Source of the DNA: Raillietiella orientalis
Lineage: Eukaryota
Direction: 5' to 3'
Assembly: GCA_036172245.1 (NCBI GenBank)
Contig: JAYWIR010000027.1
Coordinates: 1,240,001 to 1,304,000, forward strand
Length of the DNA: 64,000 nt
Part shown: in pieces, positions 36,601-48,610 of the stretch
Layout of the letters: every line of letters begins with the position of its first letter
How positions within the stretch are numbered: the stretch's first letter is position 1
The notes under the pieces: model-generated
The model's database searches: none
The model's input: only the letters and a program-made list of their open reading frames with translations
What the model was told of the DNA's origin: nothing
Translations under genes and position numbers: made by a program

Positions 36601-39600
36601 TGTACCTCGTGACATTGACCTGGTCTTCCGCTTCCACGGTGCCGAGCCGCTTGTACACCTGGTGCATCATGCGGTCTCCTTGGAAACCGGAACCCCTCCC
36701 GTCTATGTAAGCGACAGCGATGCCCTTCGTCGAAGACAGGTATGTCGTCCAGTCTAGTCCTATCCATTCGTCTTTTACCATCTGCGTTCCTGGTCCACCG
36801 TAGCTGAAATCATGCAGTTGGATCAGCCCCTGAGTGCAGCGTCATCAGAAAGCGAAAGGGACCCAAGTTGCGATTCGCCTGGGCAGCGTCCTGGCTCCGG
36901 GCGTTCGCACCTTCTCGCTTCAGGCTCGGAAGAGTCTTCCGCCTTCCGGAGAAAGTCGCCGCGCGGCAGAGGCCCCCCGAGCTGGTTTCGATCGGAGACG
37001 TTCCTCGCGATCAAAGCGCTGGACCAGTGTTGCGTGTGCAGCGCCGCTCCGAACACGCACACTCTGGGGAGAGATGGCAACCGGATGCGGCCGGGCGCGT
37101 TCGAGACGTTCCCAACTGAAGGCCAGCATTCCGCTTCCGCCCGGCGGGCGGACGTCAAAAAAGTGGGAGCGGACGCGGCTACCCTCGAATATCTCCTCCT
37201 CCTTCACCGGGATCCTGCCGAAAGCTGCGCCGGACGCTGTGCGAGAGCTCCGGGCACAGTCGAGTTGGGTTCGGTCCGCACGGGCCCGGCATCAGAAACA
37301 CTAATGACATGAGTCGCGCACACCGCTTCCGCCTCGTAGCCCGCGCAGAAAGCAGAATTTCCGGATTCCCAGGAATAGTGGTGATCTATCCCACTCGTTT
37401 GTCTGCAGCATGTTCGCACTCTCTCTCCCTGAAAACTTCAAGGATCGAGGGGAACATGACAGGAGAAAAGGTGGAAGAGAAGGAGCAGGGATTGGAGGAA
37501 GAAGGGGAGGAAGGCAGACGAGGAAGGAGGAGAAGAAAGAACCCCACAACTGGAAAATTAGGTAGCCCACTCCCCCCTTCGAATTGTCGAGGAGAAAATT
37601 CCCTTTCGGGAACGCACGCCCTGCGTAGCTCTCGCAGCCGAGTGAAAGGTGCGCGACAGGCAACGAAGAGACAGCTCGGTGTTGCTGGGCACCGTGCTAG
37701 GAGAAGCCGGGCACACGAGTCCGAGGGCAAAGCGGTTTCCGGCACAGTCTTTCCGAGTATCCTGGCAACCGATCCCGCCCTTTCGGCGATGCTTCCGTTA
37801 AGAGGTTGAAGACCTCTCGGTTGACTTCAGCGCAGCTCCGTCCACTCGCGTGCTGTGAACCGACCGCAGACAGAGGGCGGGAGGAATTGCTCGAGAAGGG
37901 TACTAACGTGTAGACCAGCAGCGGGTACTGTCGAGATCCTGCTGTGCCCACGGGCAAGAACAGCCGAACGCGCGCTGGGATGAGGTCTTCAGCTACGTTC
38001 ATCTCCAAGTCCTCGATTGCGGGAATCTTCTTCTTCCCCATCGAGGCCTTGAGGCTCTCGTTGTCTTCCCACAGGGCCACGGGGGAGAGGCTGGCGGGAC
38101 TCAGGCGATACAGGCGGACCTCGGGAGGGGAATAGGGGGATTCGCACGTGGCGGCCACGTTCTTCAGGGTGGTCGAAACCGACACCGTGATCCAAGGACA
38201 CCGAAGGGAGCAGGACAGGCAGCGCGTGCTTCCCGCCCGGTTCCCTTCCGGGAGGACGTCGGCGGAGTAGAGCTGCCGCTGGGCAGGGTCGCCTTCCTTC
38301 GTGGAGACGAAGTACCTAAGATGAAAACGGAGGAGAAATCGATGAGCAAACTGAGCAGAGGCGTACACGACGTCGTGGTCCTCGTCCCAACCTACGACTT
38401 CGGTGACCACGAATCTGCCGTAGGTGACAGGGACGGGGTCCTCTCTGGAGTCCAGCAAGCTCTTCGTCACGACGTGCTCGAACGCCCCCGATTTCGGATC
38501 CTGCTCCTGGCTGGCCCGGAACAGCATCCGCGACCTGTCCCTGCTGACCAGGGGCGACTCCTCCACGAACACCCACCCGGAGCTGCTGTCGATCCGGTGC
38601 TTCTGAAAGAGGAACAGCGCGAGTTGAGAATCCCGGCGAGTGACGACGGCATGTTCGGCTCACCTCCTGGCAGTAGGTGCTGCCCTCAAGCGTCACGTTG
38701 CAGAAGGTGAACACGGACAAGTTCTGGGCGCGGTTGGACCACACGACGCCGATGTAGTTGTCGTCGACCCAGTCCACGGCGGTGATGTAGTGATCCCTGA
38801 GACGGAGGAGGAACAGCGCCATTTTGGAAGGGGAGGGGGGGGAGAAAAAAGGGATGGGTGGGTGACGGGTCGCACCTCTGCCTGAGGTCCTCAGGAGGGG
38901 GCACGACGAAGTAAGACAGGGCTCTGCTTTCGGGGGCGAGTTCCACTATCTTCAGCGTCACCGTCGGATTTGACGTTCCCGTCTAGGGGCGTTCCTCAGA
39001 CATCGACAGGTGCTCTCGGACGGTTGCCTACCTTTGGGTAGGGAAGCTGCCCGGTGAAGCCGTACTGGGTCTGCTCGTTCACCTGCTCCCCGTAGATGGG
39101 GAAACGATACTGGCGCACGGTCGTGTCGTTGAAGAAGAGGAAGGCGACCTTGGAGGACTCCTTCGAGACCCAAAAGGCTTTGGAAGACCTCAGGATCTCC
39201 TCTACAACGACAAGTCAGGACTGCCATTCCGCAAGAACAAGAAAAAGAGACAGGAACCTTCGTAGAGCCAATCTGCAATGCCATTGGACAGCTTGCCCTT
39301 GATGCCGGTGAACGTCAACCTCCTGGCCTTGGCCTTCGGGTGAGGCTTGTGGTACAGGTCGAAGTCGTAGACAAAGACCAGACCGTGGTCCGAAAAGTCC
39401 CAGACGGCGTACTGGAGGCGCGCACTGAGGGCGGCTTCCGGTCCCAGGCGGAAGCGCTCCCTGAAAGACCCTCGTTTCCTCACCGGTTCCGGAGGACCGA
39501 ACATGGGAAGTTCAGGACGTAGGATGAGGAGGAGGAGGAGGAAGGAAAGAGGAGAGAAGAGGGAAAAAGAGGAGGAGGGGGACGGATGTGGAGAGGAAAA

Positions 39601-42600
39601 CTGGTCCACGTTCCTCCTCGCTGCGGCTGCGCGGATCGAGGCTCCTCCCGGATCGAGGGAGGGGAATTCCTTTCGCCAGGCGGTTGGCCTCGCGAAGGAG
39701 CGTCCGAGAGCCACACGGCGGGAGGAGGAAGACCTTCTTCTGACTGGGGTCCCTCTTCCCTTTCCTTGCGAATCAGTCCACAAGGGATCAAGACCGCTTC
39801 CCTTCCTCCCTTTCACGAAACGGTGCCAGCGACAATTGCCTGCTCCAGGCGCTGGTCCCGTTGGAGTCATGTCCTCCGAGGGGCTGCTTTTCCTTGGTCC
39901 CCGGCTCGCTCGCCTCCTTCCTTGGGCGGGGACCCCCGCTCAAGGACCTCCAGCGCTCTCGACTTCTCCTGGAGGGCGACGCCTTGTTGCCGGGCGATGC
40001 GATTCTTCGCCTTCCAGTCTAGAGTGCCTCCGCACTCCTCCCGCCGCAGCGGCGGCTGCGCTTAGGCAGCCGCCTTATTGCTCACTGCTGACCAATGCCT
40101 TTGCCTCCTCACGGTGGTCCTCTTCATATGCCTCGCGGCGGCCAGCACCGCCTCCTTCCGTCGCCAGGTGGCAGCGGTGACGGGCGCATGCGACTCCCCA
40201 ACCCCACCCCCACTTACTCTCCATCTCCCCAGCGCTCTCTTGTTTCCGCCGAGAGAGCGCCGTCGGCGATGGGGAGTCAGTGGACCTTCCGGAGAGACTG
40301 CCGGACCGTGCCGATACGACACGCAGGTGGCGCTTCCCTCCCCCCCCCGCCCTCTCGTCTCTGCCCCCCATCTACGCGCGGAGAGCGCCCCATCTCCTCA
40401 GAGGAGCGTCGGGCGGAGCAAGGGCGTTGTCCCCTCCTCCCTTGGGTGGTAGTCGAGGCAGAGGGGAGCAGGTCAGGGAAGAGGAGAGGATCCTCTCTCC
40501 GCGGCATCCCCGTGGAGAGGGGTGGGAAAGCGCTACTGGCAACCTTCCTCATTCCTCCGCGGACCACACGGGGACTGCTCAGGGCAGGCGCCAAGCGCGT
40601 AGCGCCGATGGCACGCCGAATGCTCGCAGCAGACCCTCCCGGCATTCCCCCAAGATGGCGGGTGCGCGCTCGTGCGCGCTGCTACTGACTTACCACGTGT
40701 CCAAGTTGATGATCTCGTACTTGGAGAGCTCAGAGGTGCGGTACACCTGGAAGGAGGAGAGAGTGGGGGTCGCGCCTGAGGCTCCATGGCAACTCGCCAA
40801 GGGGCGAGGCGAACCGCGGGACTTCCGCTCAGATCGGACCTCGAGGGATGCGTTGCCCTCAGAGCCCGAGGTAGCGCGCCGAACGAGAGGGCCACGCGGA
40901 AGCGCCAGCGGGAGGAGCTCCGCGCTCGCCTCGGGAAAACCCGCGTCCGCACCCGATCCTGGGAAGGCTTCGCGCTCAGGGTCACAGCGGTGACCGCTCC
41001 TTTCCTTAGCGTCCGGGCAGGCGCCGCGGGAGGCGAGTCCTCCACTGCACTTCCTGTCATGCACACCTGTGCCCCCTGGCAAAGGAGAGCCTTTTCGTTC
41101 GGAGGGCACCCGCGATCGCCCCAAAGGGTGAATCCCAATCCTTCGGAAGGTCCCTCTGGGTCCTGCGAGGGAGCTAGGAGAGGAAGCCACCACCGCATTC
41201 AGCGTCCACTGACCGAGAGTGCAGCAGTCGATCCGACGTCGAGTTTGGGACCGAGGTCACTGCCATCTAGTGACCTCGTTTTCAAACTCGGCGTGGCATC
41301 TAGTGTGGTTTTGGCCAAGTCCTTCAAGTTAGTTCGAGCCGCCCTAGATTGCAGCCATCGCGAAAATCATGTTCGACAGTTTAACCGGACAAACCTGGAG
41401 CCCGTGCCCGGATTTTGTAACCGCAGGAAACGGAAGAAAGGCGGAAGACTATACAGAAAAACTATTGACTCCGATTCCCTACGGCAGCTGCGAGATCAGA
41501 ACTTGAGCACATGGTTCGGTCAAAGATCCAAGGAGTTGCTGTGGGAGGTGGAGCGGAGGCCGAGCACAGTGCTGTTGTGACCAGAAACCGAAGGAGGAAC
41601 CTCCGAGAGGTGTAGTGCAGTGGAGACGGGAGAGTGGGGTACGAATCTCACGAGCAAGAGGTGGTGTGGGGATGGTGGGAAATAAGGGTGACGATCCAGA
41701 GAGGTGTTTGAGTAGAAATGGATCTTTCACTGTGCTTTACGAACTAAAGCAAAGCCATAGATGTGCTGCTGATGATGAAATGCAGTGGATCCGGAACAAG
41801 AAGTAGGGCGGTGTGGAATGAAGAAGGTCACGAAAATAAAGTGCTGGTAACGAGAAGTGAAGGCTTGCATCAAAGAGGGTCGCCGCCGTAGTTGCCATCT
41901 CTCAAGCATCACCCAAGTCCGATACGTTCGTCCGACCCTCCCTAGATGGCAGCAGGTCCAAAGAGCTGCACGGGGAAAGGAGGGAGCTGCCTGGGAGGGA
42001 AACGCGGAGAACCACGTGCGAGTATGCACACGTGGCAGTACGGTGGACGCAAGCGGTTCCACGGAAACATCTGAGGTAACAACCGCGGCATCCTGTAGTT
42101 CAGGTGGAAACCGGAAGTGATGGAAGAGACGGTTTCTCTTCTTGCGGATCCCCCCTTACGGCTTCGCTCGCCCATGGCCGCTCCTGATCAGGAAGGGGGA
42201 AGATGCGCTCGTGCGCCAGCCAGACCATGGACTTCTCCCCTCCGCCTTCCCCGTTGCCAAGGGCGATGCGGAAGGAGCAGTCCGAGCACAGCGGCGCGAT
42301 CTGGGAGCTGCCAACGAAGGGGCGCAGCAGCGTATTCCGCCCCGTCCACTTACTTCGCTCCTTCCCTTCCCTTCCAGACGTCTCCTGGGATAACACGAGA
42401 CCGTTCGGACCGGGAAACCGCCGACTTTCCCCCTTTCCGAGCTCGCCTTCTTGCTAGATGGCAGCGGCCGATTCTTTTGCCAGCGCAAGGATTTTCCCAG
42501 AGTTCCGCCGCCACTGCTTTCGCCCGGGGCGAATAGGATCACCGCACTCCGCTGGAGCCGGACGCTCCGCATGGGGACCTCGCAAGAGACGAGCGACCCC

Positions 42601-43875
42601 GGAAAGCGGCGGGGGAGGGAGCAATGCATTGCGGGCAGGGGAGACCCATAGGTCAGTGGGTCCTGGAGTGCCCCGACGAGCTTCCCGTTTCATCCCAGTG
42701 CCCCAATAGGCGCCGAGGCAACCAGGAGAGGGCGGGAGGAGGCCATCGCGCTCGCCCGAAAGCGCCGTGGGGGGTGGGACGCACAGAAACGGACCCTCCG
42801 GAGGTCTCCCACACGAGGGAGCTGCTGGAGCGGCAGATCGCAGGCGCCTACGAACGGACAGGGCCCGGCGGAAGAAGGTCACGCGCCTCACCCCACCCTA
42901 CCCCACCCCGTTTACCTTGGCGATGTCGAACTGCACCAGCAGGAAGTGGCGGTCCGGAGATAGCAGGATCTTGCAGTCGTCGCCGAAGGGCTTCTGGAAA
43001 GGCAGGAAGTGAAAAGGCGGTCCCTCTGGATGTTGTTTCATTCCACAGCGTCGACCCTCCCACATGCGCCGATAGGATCCTTTTCCTTTCCTCCCTGTTA
43101 CCTGGACTCCCAGCAAGACCTCGGGCGATGTGCCGCCCGTGGGGCGGCAGAATCCCGCACTCCCCGGCCCTTCCCTCCGTCCTCCCTGAGGAGGTCCACG
43201 CTCTACCATGCGGCGTGCCTCTCGCCTATTGCTTCTCATTCTTTCCTCCGCGTTGCCCTGGGCAGCGGAGAGGAGTGGAGGAAACCCACCGCGCAGTGAT
43301 GGCACATGCACCCTCCTGGACGAGGAGCTGCCATCGGATTCTCGTGCGAAGGGCGTGCAGAGCACCACCACCCACCCTTCCCAGTGTGGGTTGAACCCGG
43401 AGGGCTGGCCGGGGGCACCTACCAGGTGTGAGCTAGGGGCAACCAACGAGGAGAAAGGAGGACCGTGGCGGCTCACGTCGTAAATCCACAAATTTCCTTG
43501 CAGGTCCTGGTACAAGAGCTCCTCTCCTGGGAAATAGGAGCACACTTAGCCGAGACAACAGACAGCAGGATGGGAGGAATGTAGGATGAGGAATGAAGGA
43601 AGAGGAATGCAAGAGGAGAAATGGGGAAGAAAGAATGTACGGGGAAAAGGAATGGACGAGGAGAAGCGAGGTTGCAGGCGTGTGAAGGACCCACCTGAGA
43701 TCCACGTGGCGTTGAACCTCCTGGGAGAGAATCTGTTACTGATAAATTCCTCGAAGGTGAATTCCTCCGGATCTTTCCGTAAGAGGACGGCTGCAGCGGC
43801 GGGCCGCGGGGCGTCGTGCACGGCCACGAGCGTGCAGAGCGCCGCCACAATGCCCAACACGGTGATGGACGCCAT
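30542..43875 (-). CDS. DPP4: Dipeptidyl peptidase 4 family (S9B; DPP4/FAP/venom-DPP4-like) gene, 14 coding exons, ~780 aa from the Met at 43875; true start may lie in a further upstream exon
   Basis: All junctions are GT-AG with consistent phases; exon lengths sum to 2343 nt (781 codons including stop). Motifs: hydrophobic N-terminus, FNATWIS, NGIADWLYEEEIL, YPK/NP, YGGPG, DGRGSG, GWSYGG (catalytic Ser), YDSAYTERFMG, HGTADDNVH (Asp), YPDQDH (His). The symbol is a family-level call; orthology is not established. Confidence 0.95.
31712..32170 (-). mobile_element. tRNA-headed SINE-like repeat, copy 1
   Basis: Shares GGATGATGGAAATCCTT with the 60872 copy, CTCCTTGATTCCTGGAAG with the 49815 copy, and AGGCCAACCAGCG with both. 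B-box-like GGGTTCCAAT on the minus strand at ~32155. Confidence 0.6.
32535..32720 (+). repeat. Unclassified dispersed repeat, copy 2 (in the last DPP4 intron)
   Basis: Collinear similarity to 28045-28250. Confidence 0.8.
34850..35640 (+). mobile_element. Probable decayed Penelope-like reverse-transcriptase N-terminal remnant
   Basis: Frameshifted peptides AWTPG, TLRDHDPI + ADEAGA and DYLRRL occur in the order of the PLE motif LR.D..I...ADKG.A.V....DY. Heavily degraded. Confidence 0.4.
35935..36060. repeat. Compound (TG)n/(TC)n/(TCTG)n microsatellite
   Basis: Directly visible, at the start of the last DPP4 intron. Confidence 0.9.
36114..36319 (-). CDS. DPP4: DPP4-like exon with catalytic Asp (DSAYTERFMG...HGTADDNVHYQHS...FLQQ)
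   Basis: HGTADDNVH motif; GTGGGT donor. Confidence 0.96.
36403..36563 (-). CDS. DPP4: DPP4-like exon with catalytic Ser (IWGWSYGGY...FKCGISVAPVTNWLLY)
   Basis: GWSYGG nucleophile elbow. Confidence 0.96.
36606..36803 (-). CDS. DPP4: DPP4-like exon (YGGPGTQ...IDGRGSGFQG...LGTVEAEDQ)
   Basis: Canonical S9B motifs; ATTTCAG acceptor. Confidence 0.95.
37908..38315 (-). CDS. DPP4: DPP4-like exon (YFVSTKEGDPAQRQLY...CLSC...YPLLVYT)
   Basis: R.LY, CLSC and YPLL motifs; GTTAGT donor. Confidence 0.93.
38367..38602 (-). CDS. DPP4: DPP4-like exon (KHRIDSSSGWV...VTYGRFVVTEVVGWDEDHDVV)
   Basis: GW and T.G.F.V motifs; AG/GT boundaries. Confidence 0.92.
38664..38796 (-). CDS. DPP4: DPP4-like exon (DHYITAVDWVDD...WSNRAQN...CQE)
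   Basis: W.NR.QN motif; GTGAGC donor. Confidence 0.93.
38876..38982 (-). CDS. DPP4: DPP4-like exon (TGTSNPTVTLKIVEL...PPPEDLRQR)
   Basis: G..NP motif; AG/GT boundaries in phase. Confidence 0.92.
39032..39201 (-). CDS. DPP4: DPP4-like exon (EEILRSSKAFWVS...FNDTTV...LPYPK)
   Basis: Completes the DWLYEEE motif; GTAGGC donor. Confidence 0.92.
39258..39460 (-). CDS. DPP4: DPP4-like exon (...LQYAVW...NGIADWLYE)
   Basis: Propeller motifs; TCTTTCAG acceptor, GT donor at 39257. Confidence 0.92.
40694..40746 (-). CDS. DPP4: DPP4-like exon (VYRTSELSKYEIINLDT)
   Basis: Homologous to the YR.S..A.Y motif; CCTTCCAG acceptor, GTAAGT donor. Confidence 0.9.
42916..42993 (-). CDS. DPP4: DPP4-like exon (KPFGDDCKILLSPDRHFLLVQFDIAK)
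   Basis: SPD motif; TTTCCAG acceptor, GTAAAC donor. Confidence 0.9.
43423..43526 (-). CDS. DPP4: DPP4-like exon (GEELLYQDLQGNLWIYDVS...SSHL)
   Basis: TTTCCCAG acceptor, GTAGGT donor, phases 1/0. Confidence 0.85.
43695..43875 (-). CDS. DPP4: DPP4-like exon (signal or anchor; MASITVLGIVAALCTLVAV...FTFEEFISNRFSPRRFNATWIS); may extend to an acceptor at ~43920/43923
   Basis: Donor GTGGGT at 43694; CAGCAG acceptor 45-48 nt upstream of the Met. Confidence 0.85.
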
Positions 43876-46800
43876 GAGGCGGAACTTGGCCCTGTTGGAG
43901 GTGCTCCAGACGGCGATGTGCTGCTGGCACCGCGGACCCACAGAAAGACAGCAGCGTGAGAGATGTCCCTTTTGTACTTTTTTTTGGAGAGGGACGAAGA
44001 AGGGAAGGGAAAGGGGAGAGGGGGAGAGTTGCCCTCCCGTCGCTCCTTCGTGCGCGAGGTAGCGGAAGGGCATACAGGAATGAAGCGCCGCTGCATGCGC
44101 CGCTAGGGCTGCATGCGCAAGAAAAAAAAAAACGGTCTCCCCCCCCCCTTCCGTCAGGAAGCCCCTCATGGAAGCGCGGGTACCATTCTTTTCCGTGAGG
44201 AGACATCCCCCGTCCTTTCAGCAAGAGGTTGCCGTCGTGACCAGGGCGAGGCGTTCCACTTGCTTGTCTTCCTGCGCTGTGTCGAGACGTGCAAAGAGCT
44301 TCCCATCTTCCGCTTGTTGTCGAGCCGCACGGGGGCCACTCGAGCAGAGCGGTTCGGAAGGCCGTCGCCAGGGACGCTCTTGCGAAACCGACCGCCGCGC
44401 GGAGATATGCGTTGTGCAAGGATTCCCAACTCTCGTGGGGCCCTTGCAGCACCCCGAAGACACCAGTCTGAAGACTCGCGTCTTTCCGAGGCAGAAGAAG
44501 CTGCGCGCTCGGGTCCCCTCTTTTTCCCCCTCAGCGGGAACAGAGCGGAAGAGACTCAAAGCACGGGAAGCGAGGTGGCGAAGGTCCGCGCGACGGCGTG
44601 CCCCAGAGCGCAGAGCGCGGCGTTACCCACCGCGACCTTGTGCTAGGAGGAGGAAGGGGGAGGAAGAAAGGAAAGGAGGAGGAGGAAGACGAGGGAAGGA
44701 GGAGGAAAAAGAAGAGGATGAGCAGGAGGAGGAAGAGGAGGTTGTTGCGGACCCCAGAGAACTCTGGATTGCATCCTGCTTGCTTCGCTTCGAGTTGGCG
44801 ACCTTTCACGGAATGAAGAGGAGGAGGGTCGATCGCCCCAACAATTCGAGGGAAATGAAGGATGGGAAAGGGTTGATACTGAGACCGAGCCGCACCACAA
44901 GCGCCCACGCGACAGGAAGCAACTGGAAAGAAAGAAAGGAAACGGAAGAGGAGCAAAAGAAGCAGCAGCACGTTGTGCGCGTGCATCCATAGTAACCCTC
45001 ACTGGACGTGTCCGAGGAACCACTCGCTTTCGATTTGGGTGGTCAGAGCTGCACTCGGAACCCGCCCGGGGCGACTCTTCTCGAGAGACAAACGACCTCG
45101 GCAAACAGCGAGGGAGGCGCAAACGCCAGAAAGCCGATGCAAATTCTGGATCCGCGAGTTCCACGACGACGGCGCTTCCTGCTGCGAAGCAGCAGAGGTT
45201 CGGCTACAGCGATGGAAGAAAGGAAAGCTCGCCATGGAGACGGATGGAAGGGAGCAATGAGGCTGCTTGCGACACAGGTGGAACCCTCTGCCTGGGTCAA
45301 ATCACGGGAAGGTCGGAGAAAGTTTCACCACTGCTAGCCACACGCTTCCGCTTCGCCTCGCCGCGTCGATGGGGCGCGGTGCACGAGTGGCGGGGAGTCG
45401 AAGCGAAGCGCCGAAGGTGTTGACGCAACAATGCCTACGCTCAGGGCTCCCAGACCACCGGTGCAAATTTGCATAAAAAAAGAAAAGAAAGGAAAGGAAG
45501 GGAAGAGAAAAGGAACGAAGAGTACTCACAGTTCTAAAAAATCTGCTTACTTTCTGATGCAGACGGAAAGCAGATGGACCATCACTCATAACCACACTGG
45601 CCCGCAAAACATCATACAAAACGATTCAATTTGCTGCACGAAACGCGCTCGCCAACACTTTCCTACATGAATTCAGGTTTCTCTTTTTGAAGTGTGCAGT
45701 AGCACTATCGAACGCATCGAAAGTTAGATCGCCCGGGGCAGTTTCGGTTTCTCTAGACTATACAGAGCGAAGAATTGGGTTAGGCGTTTTTGAGGCATTT
45801 CAACGTGAGTCGCTTTTGACCGTTGCTAATAATGAGTAAGTTGTTCCTCCATTCCCCGTCGCACGAAAGGCCTCCGTTCCGTTTGGAGTTTTTCGTTTCT
45901 GCTTTTCGATTTGATCGTTTCGAAGACTGAAAAACTCGCAACAGGGAGCAGAGCTGGCCTCGTTTCCATCTCGATGTGTTCCCTCTCTCTTTCTGTGTGT
46001 GCGTATGCCGCGCGTTCCAAGTGTTCTTGCATGTCTCTGCCCATCGGTCCTAAAGATTTCCGCTGAACCTCGTTTGAAAAACCGCGTTCGTATCCTTGAA
46101 AACTGTGCTACGAATCTCAGAGGCCATAATGAGCGCTTTCCCTTCACTCACTCCCGTTCGGCGCATTTTTTTAGTAAACGACAGCCAAAGTATTTTTTAA
46201 AAAAAAATTAAATAAAATTCTGTTGGAATCGGAAATGAATGCTCACCTGGGTAGCTGTCTTGACTGTGCGATCTTCGCCGGTCTGAACTTCAGTGTTCCA
46301 GTTCTGCCTGAGCTTCCCGGATCAAGCCGTCCACATCCCCGTAGGGCCTTTTTCTCCCGGTTCCCGATTTCGCAAATGGCAAACGGATTCTGACGAACTC
46401 GTTTGGCAAAACGAACGATACGCGCCCGGCGCCACGCTGTTATAAAAGCATTCTCCGAGAAGGTCTTGGGGTGAAGAGGGCACGCTGACACATGTGAACG
46501 GAGCAGAAGTCGGAAGACTCACGGGAAGCGAACCGATGTTGCGATTGCGAAATCCGTTTCGTGAGAACAGAGACTGAGATTGCAGAATGTGCCCATCCAT
46601 GTACGTCGTCGGGAATGGGTTCCTCCAACGAAGACGGAATTCCTTGAGCGGAACAAGAAAACGAGTGCCGAACGCCACTGCCTCGGCGACGTCTTGCTGG
46701 AGTGAAAAGAGCTGCGAAGCTGTTTGCTACCGAATCCGCTTTCTGGATGCGTGTGCTCTCGAGCCGAGCCAATTAACCCCGTTCTCATCTTTGGAGGGGG

Positions 46801-48610
46801 GGGGGGGGATTCCCTCAGATTTTCCGGTTCTTGGCACGAGAGTGTGTATCAGAGTATGGTGGTACTTTCCGGTACTTCCGTGCGAATCCTCAGGGGCCAA
46901 AGAGCTGATCCGGGAAAAGATGCTTCCTGAATCCTCCTCACGTACGCGCCGCGGTCGTGTCACCCGATTGGGGATCGGCGTTCGAAAGTTCCATCAAAAT
47001 CCTGCGTTTCCACGCCACCTGAAGCACCTGCCTAAATGAATTCTTTGCGTACGGGGGGTCACAGAGCTGCAACGTCTTCGTGAGTTCACATCCGCACCCT
47101 CGCGTTGCATCCCAGCCAAGAAGGCAGGGAAACGACCCTCGCGTTCAGATCGAAGCACACGTTGCACGCTGTGCCAGAACGCCGGCAATTAGCGCCACCT
47201 CGTTTTCCCTCATCATCTTGCCTTCTGGCTCCCCCACCAAATGGATTTGCAATTAAAGTGAACGCTCGTAAAAACATCCACCCACGCGGGAATTTTTAGA
47301 ACGGAACTGCCATGATCTGTGTTCTACAGATTCCCTCCACTGGTTAGAATTCAAGCGGACTCTCTTTGTCCATGGCTAAATTATGGCTGCGGCATTTTGA
47401 ATTCATTGTCCACAAGATACATAAGGTTATACGAAATGCATGGGTTTATAATTACGTATCGATAAACATCCTCATAATACATACCTTGGTTTATGTGTAA
47501 ACCATAGTATTGATATTTAATCGGCTGCAAGTTCACCGTTCACCAAGTCAGGTGGCAAGCTGTTCAAAGTCCTCGAGGGTTTCGTCATCAAGCTGCAGCA
47601 TCTATCCGAGTCGACCACAACTACCCATTAGCTTATCCGAATCTCGGACAGAGGACACAAGCAGCCAGTGTGCTTCGTTGAACAGTAGCTGAAGCTTTAT
47701 TTTCTACTCGGTGACTTTAGAACTGAAAGACGATACCTCAAACCATCCAAAACATTCAGAGCAGTTCATCTTTTAAAGGAACCCCGGAGATAAAAAAGAT
47801 CCTGTCAATTGTTGATGCGTTGTTTTCATCTTTGTATGGAAGTGTGCCCGGCCTATATACTGGTAGGTATTACCCTCGCTGGTCCCCATGGAAACCGGGA
47901 CTGCGAGCAGCGCCCCTGGGAGAGAGAGAAAATCACGACCAAACCCAAAGGCTCTCCGTGCCTCACACGAGCAGGAATTCCCAGCATATTTTCTACAGCA
48001 CCTTCAAAATTTTACTATCCACAAATCCCGTCCGGTCTTTCCACGGCTGTGGCAAATCCTGAAAAATCCATTTTATGGGATCACTCCCTTTATCCTGATT
48101 TTCTGTGGAAGCGATTCGCAGGCTGCATCGGTGGAACCCATCTATCGGAGTCGGAAACGCTAAATCTGTTTCCACGCGTACAGAGAGAGCCTTGCGGTTT
48201 CCCTTTCCCTGTCTATTTGTGTCTCTGGCGGTGCTGCTGCCGGGAGAATCTCGTTTCCGGTTGATGAAACCCTATGATGTTGCAAAGATCAGCAGACACG
48301 ATACAGCATTCCTCCATCGAGGCAGCCGACTCTCCTGGGAACAGCATCTCCGCAATCCCACCTCCACTGCATCCTTTTGGATGAATTTCCTTTTCGTTTT
48401 CCCCTAAAAATTCGTGCAAAACACGCGCGCGCGCCCACAATTTCGATCCACGTGTTTTTTTTTGTTTTTTTTTTTACTCCCAATCCAGCACTGTAATCCA
48501 GTGTTCTGTTTCTGTGCTGCGTTTGGACATGCTTTGATAAATGACACATCACTGATTATGCGATGGCAAAGTCGAGGTCTTCATTCCGTAATCCGACGCG
48601 CCGCCATTAA

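Noticed and set aside
44990..46350. Candidate first coding exon of the DPP4-like gene
   Set aside because: Donor-like sites exist (~45528, ~46246), but no ATG-initiated in-phase frame could be tied to the acceptor at ~43921; they could be 5' UTR exons.
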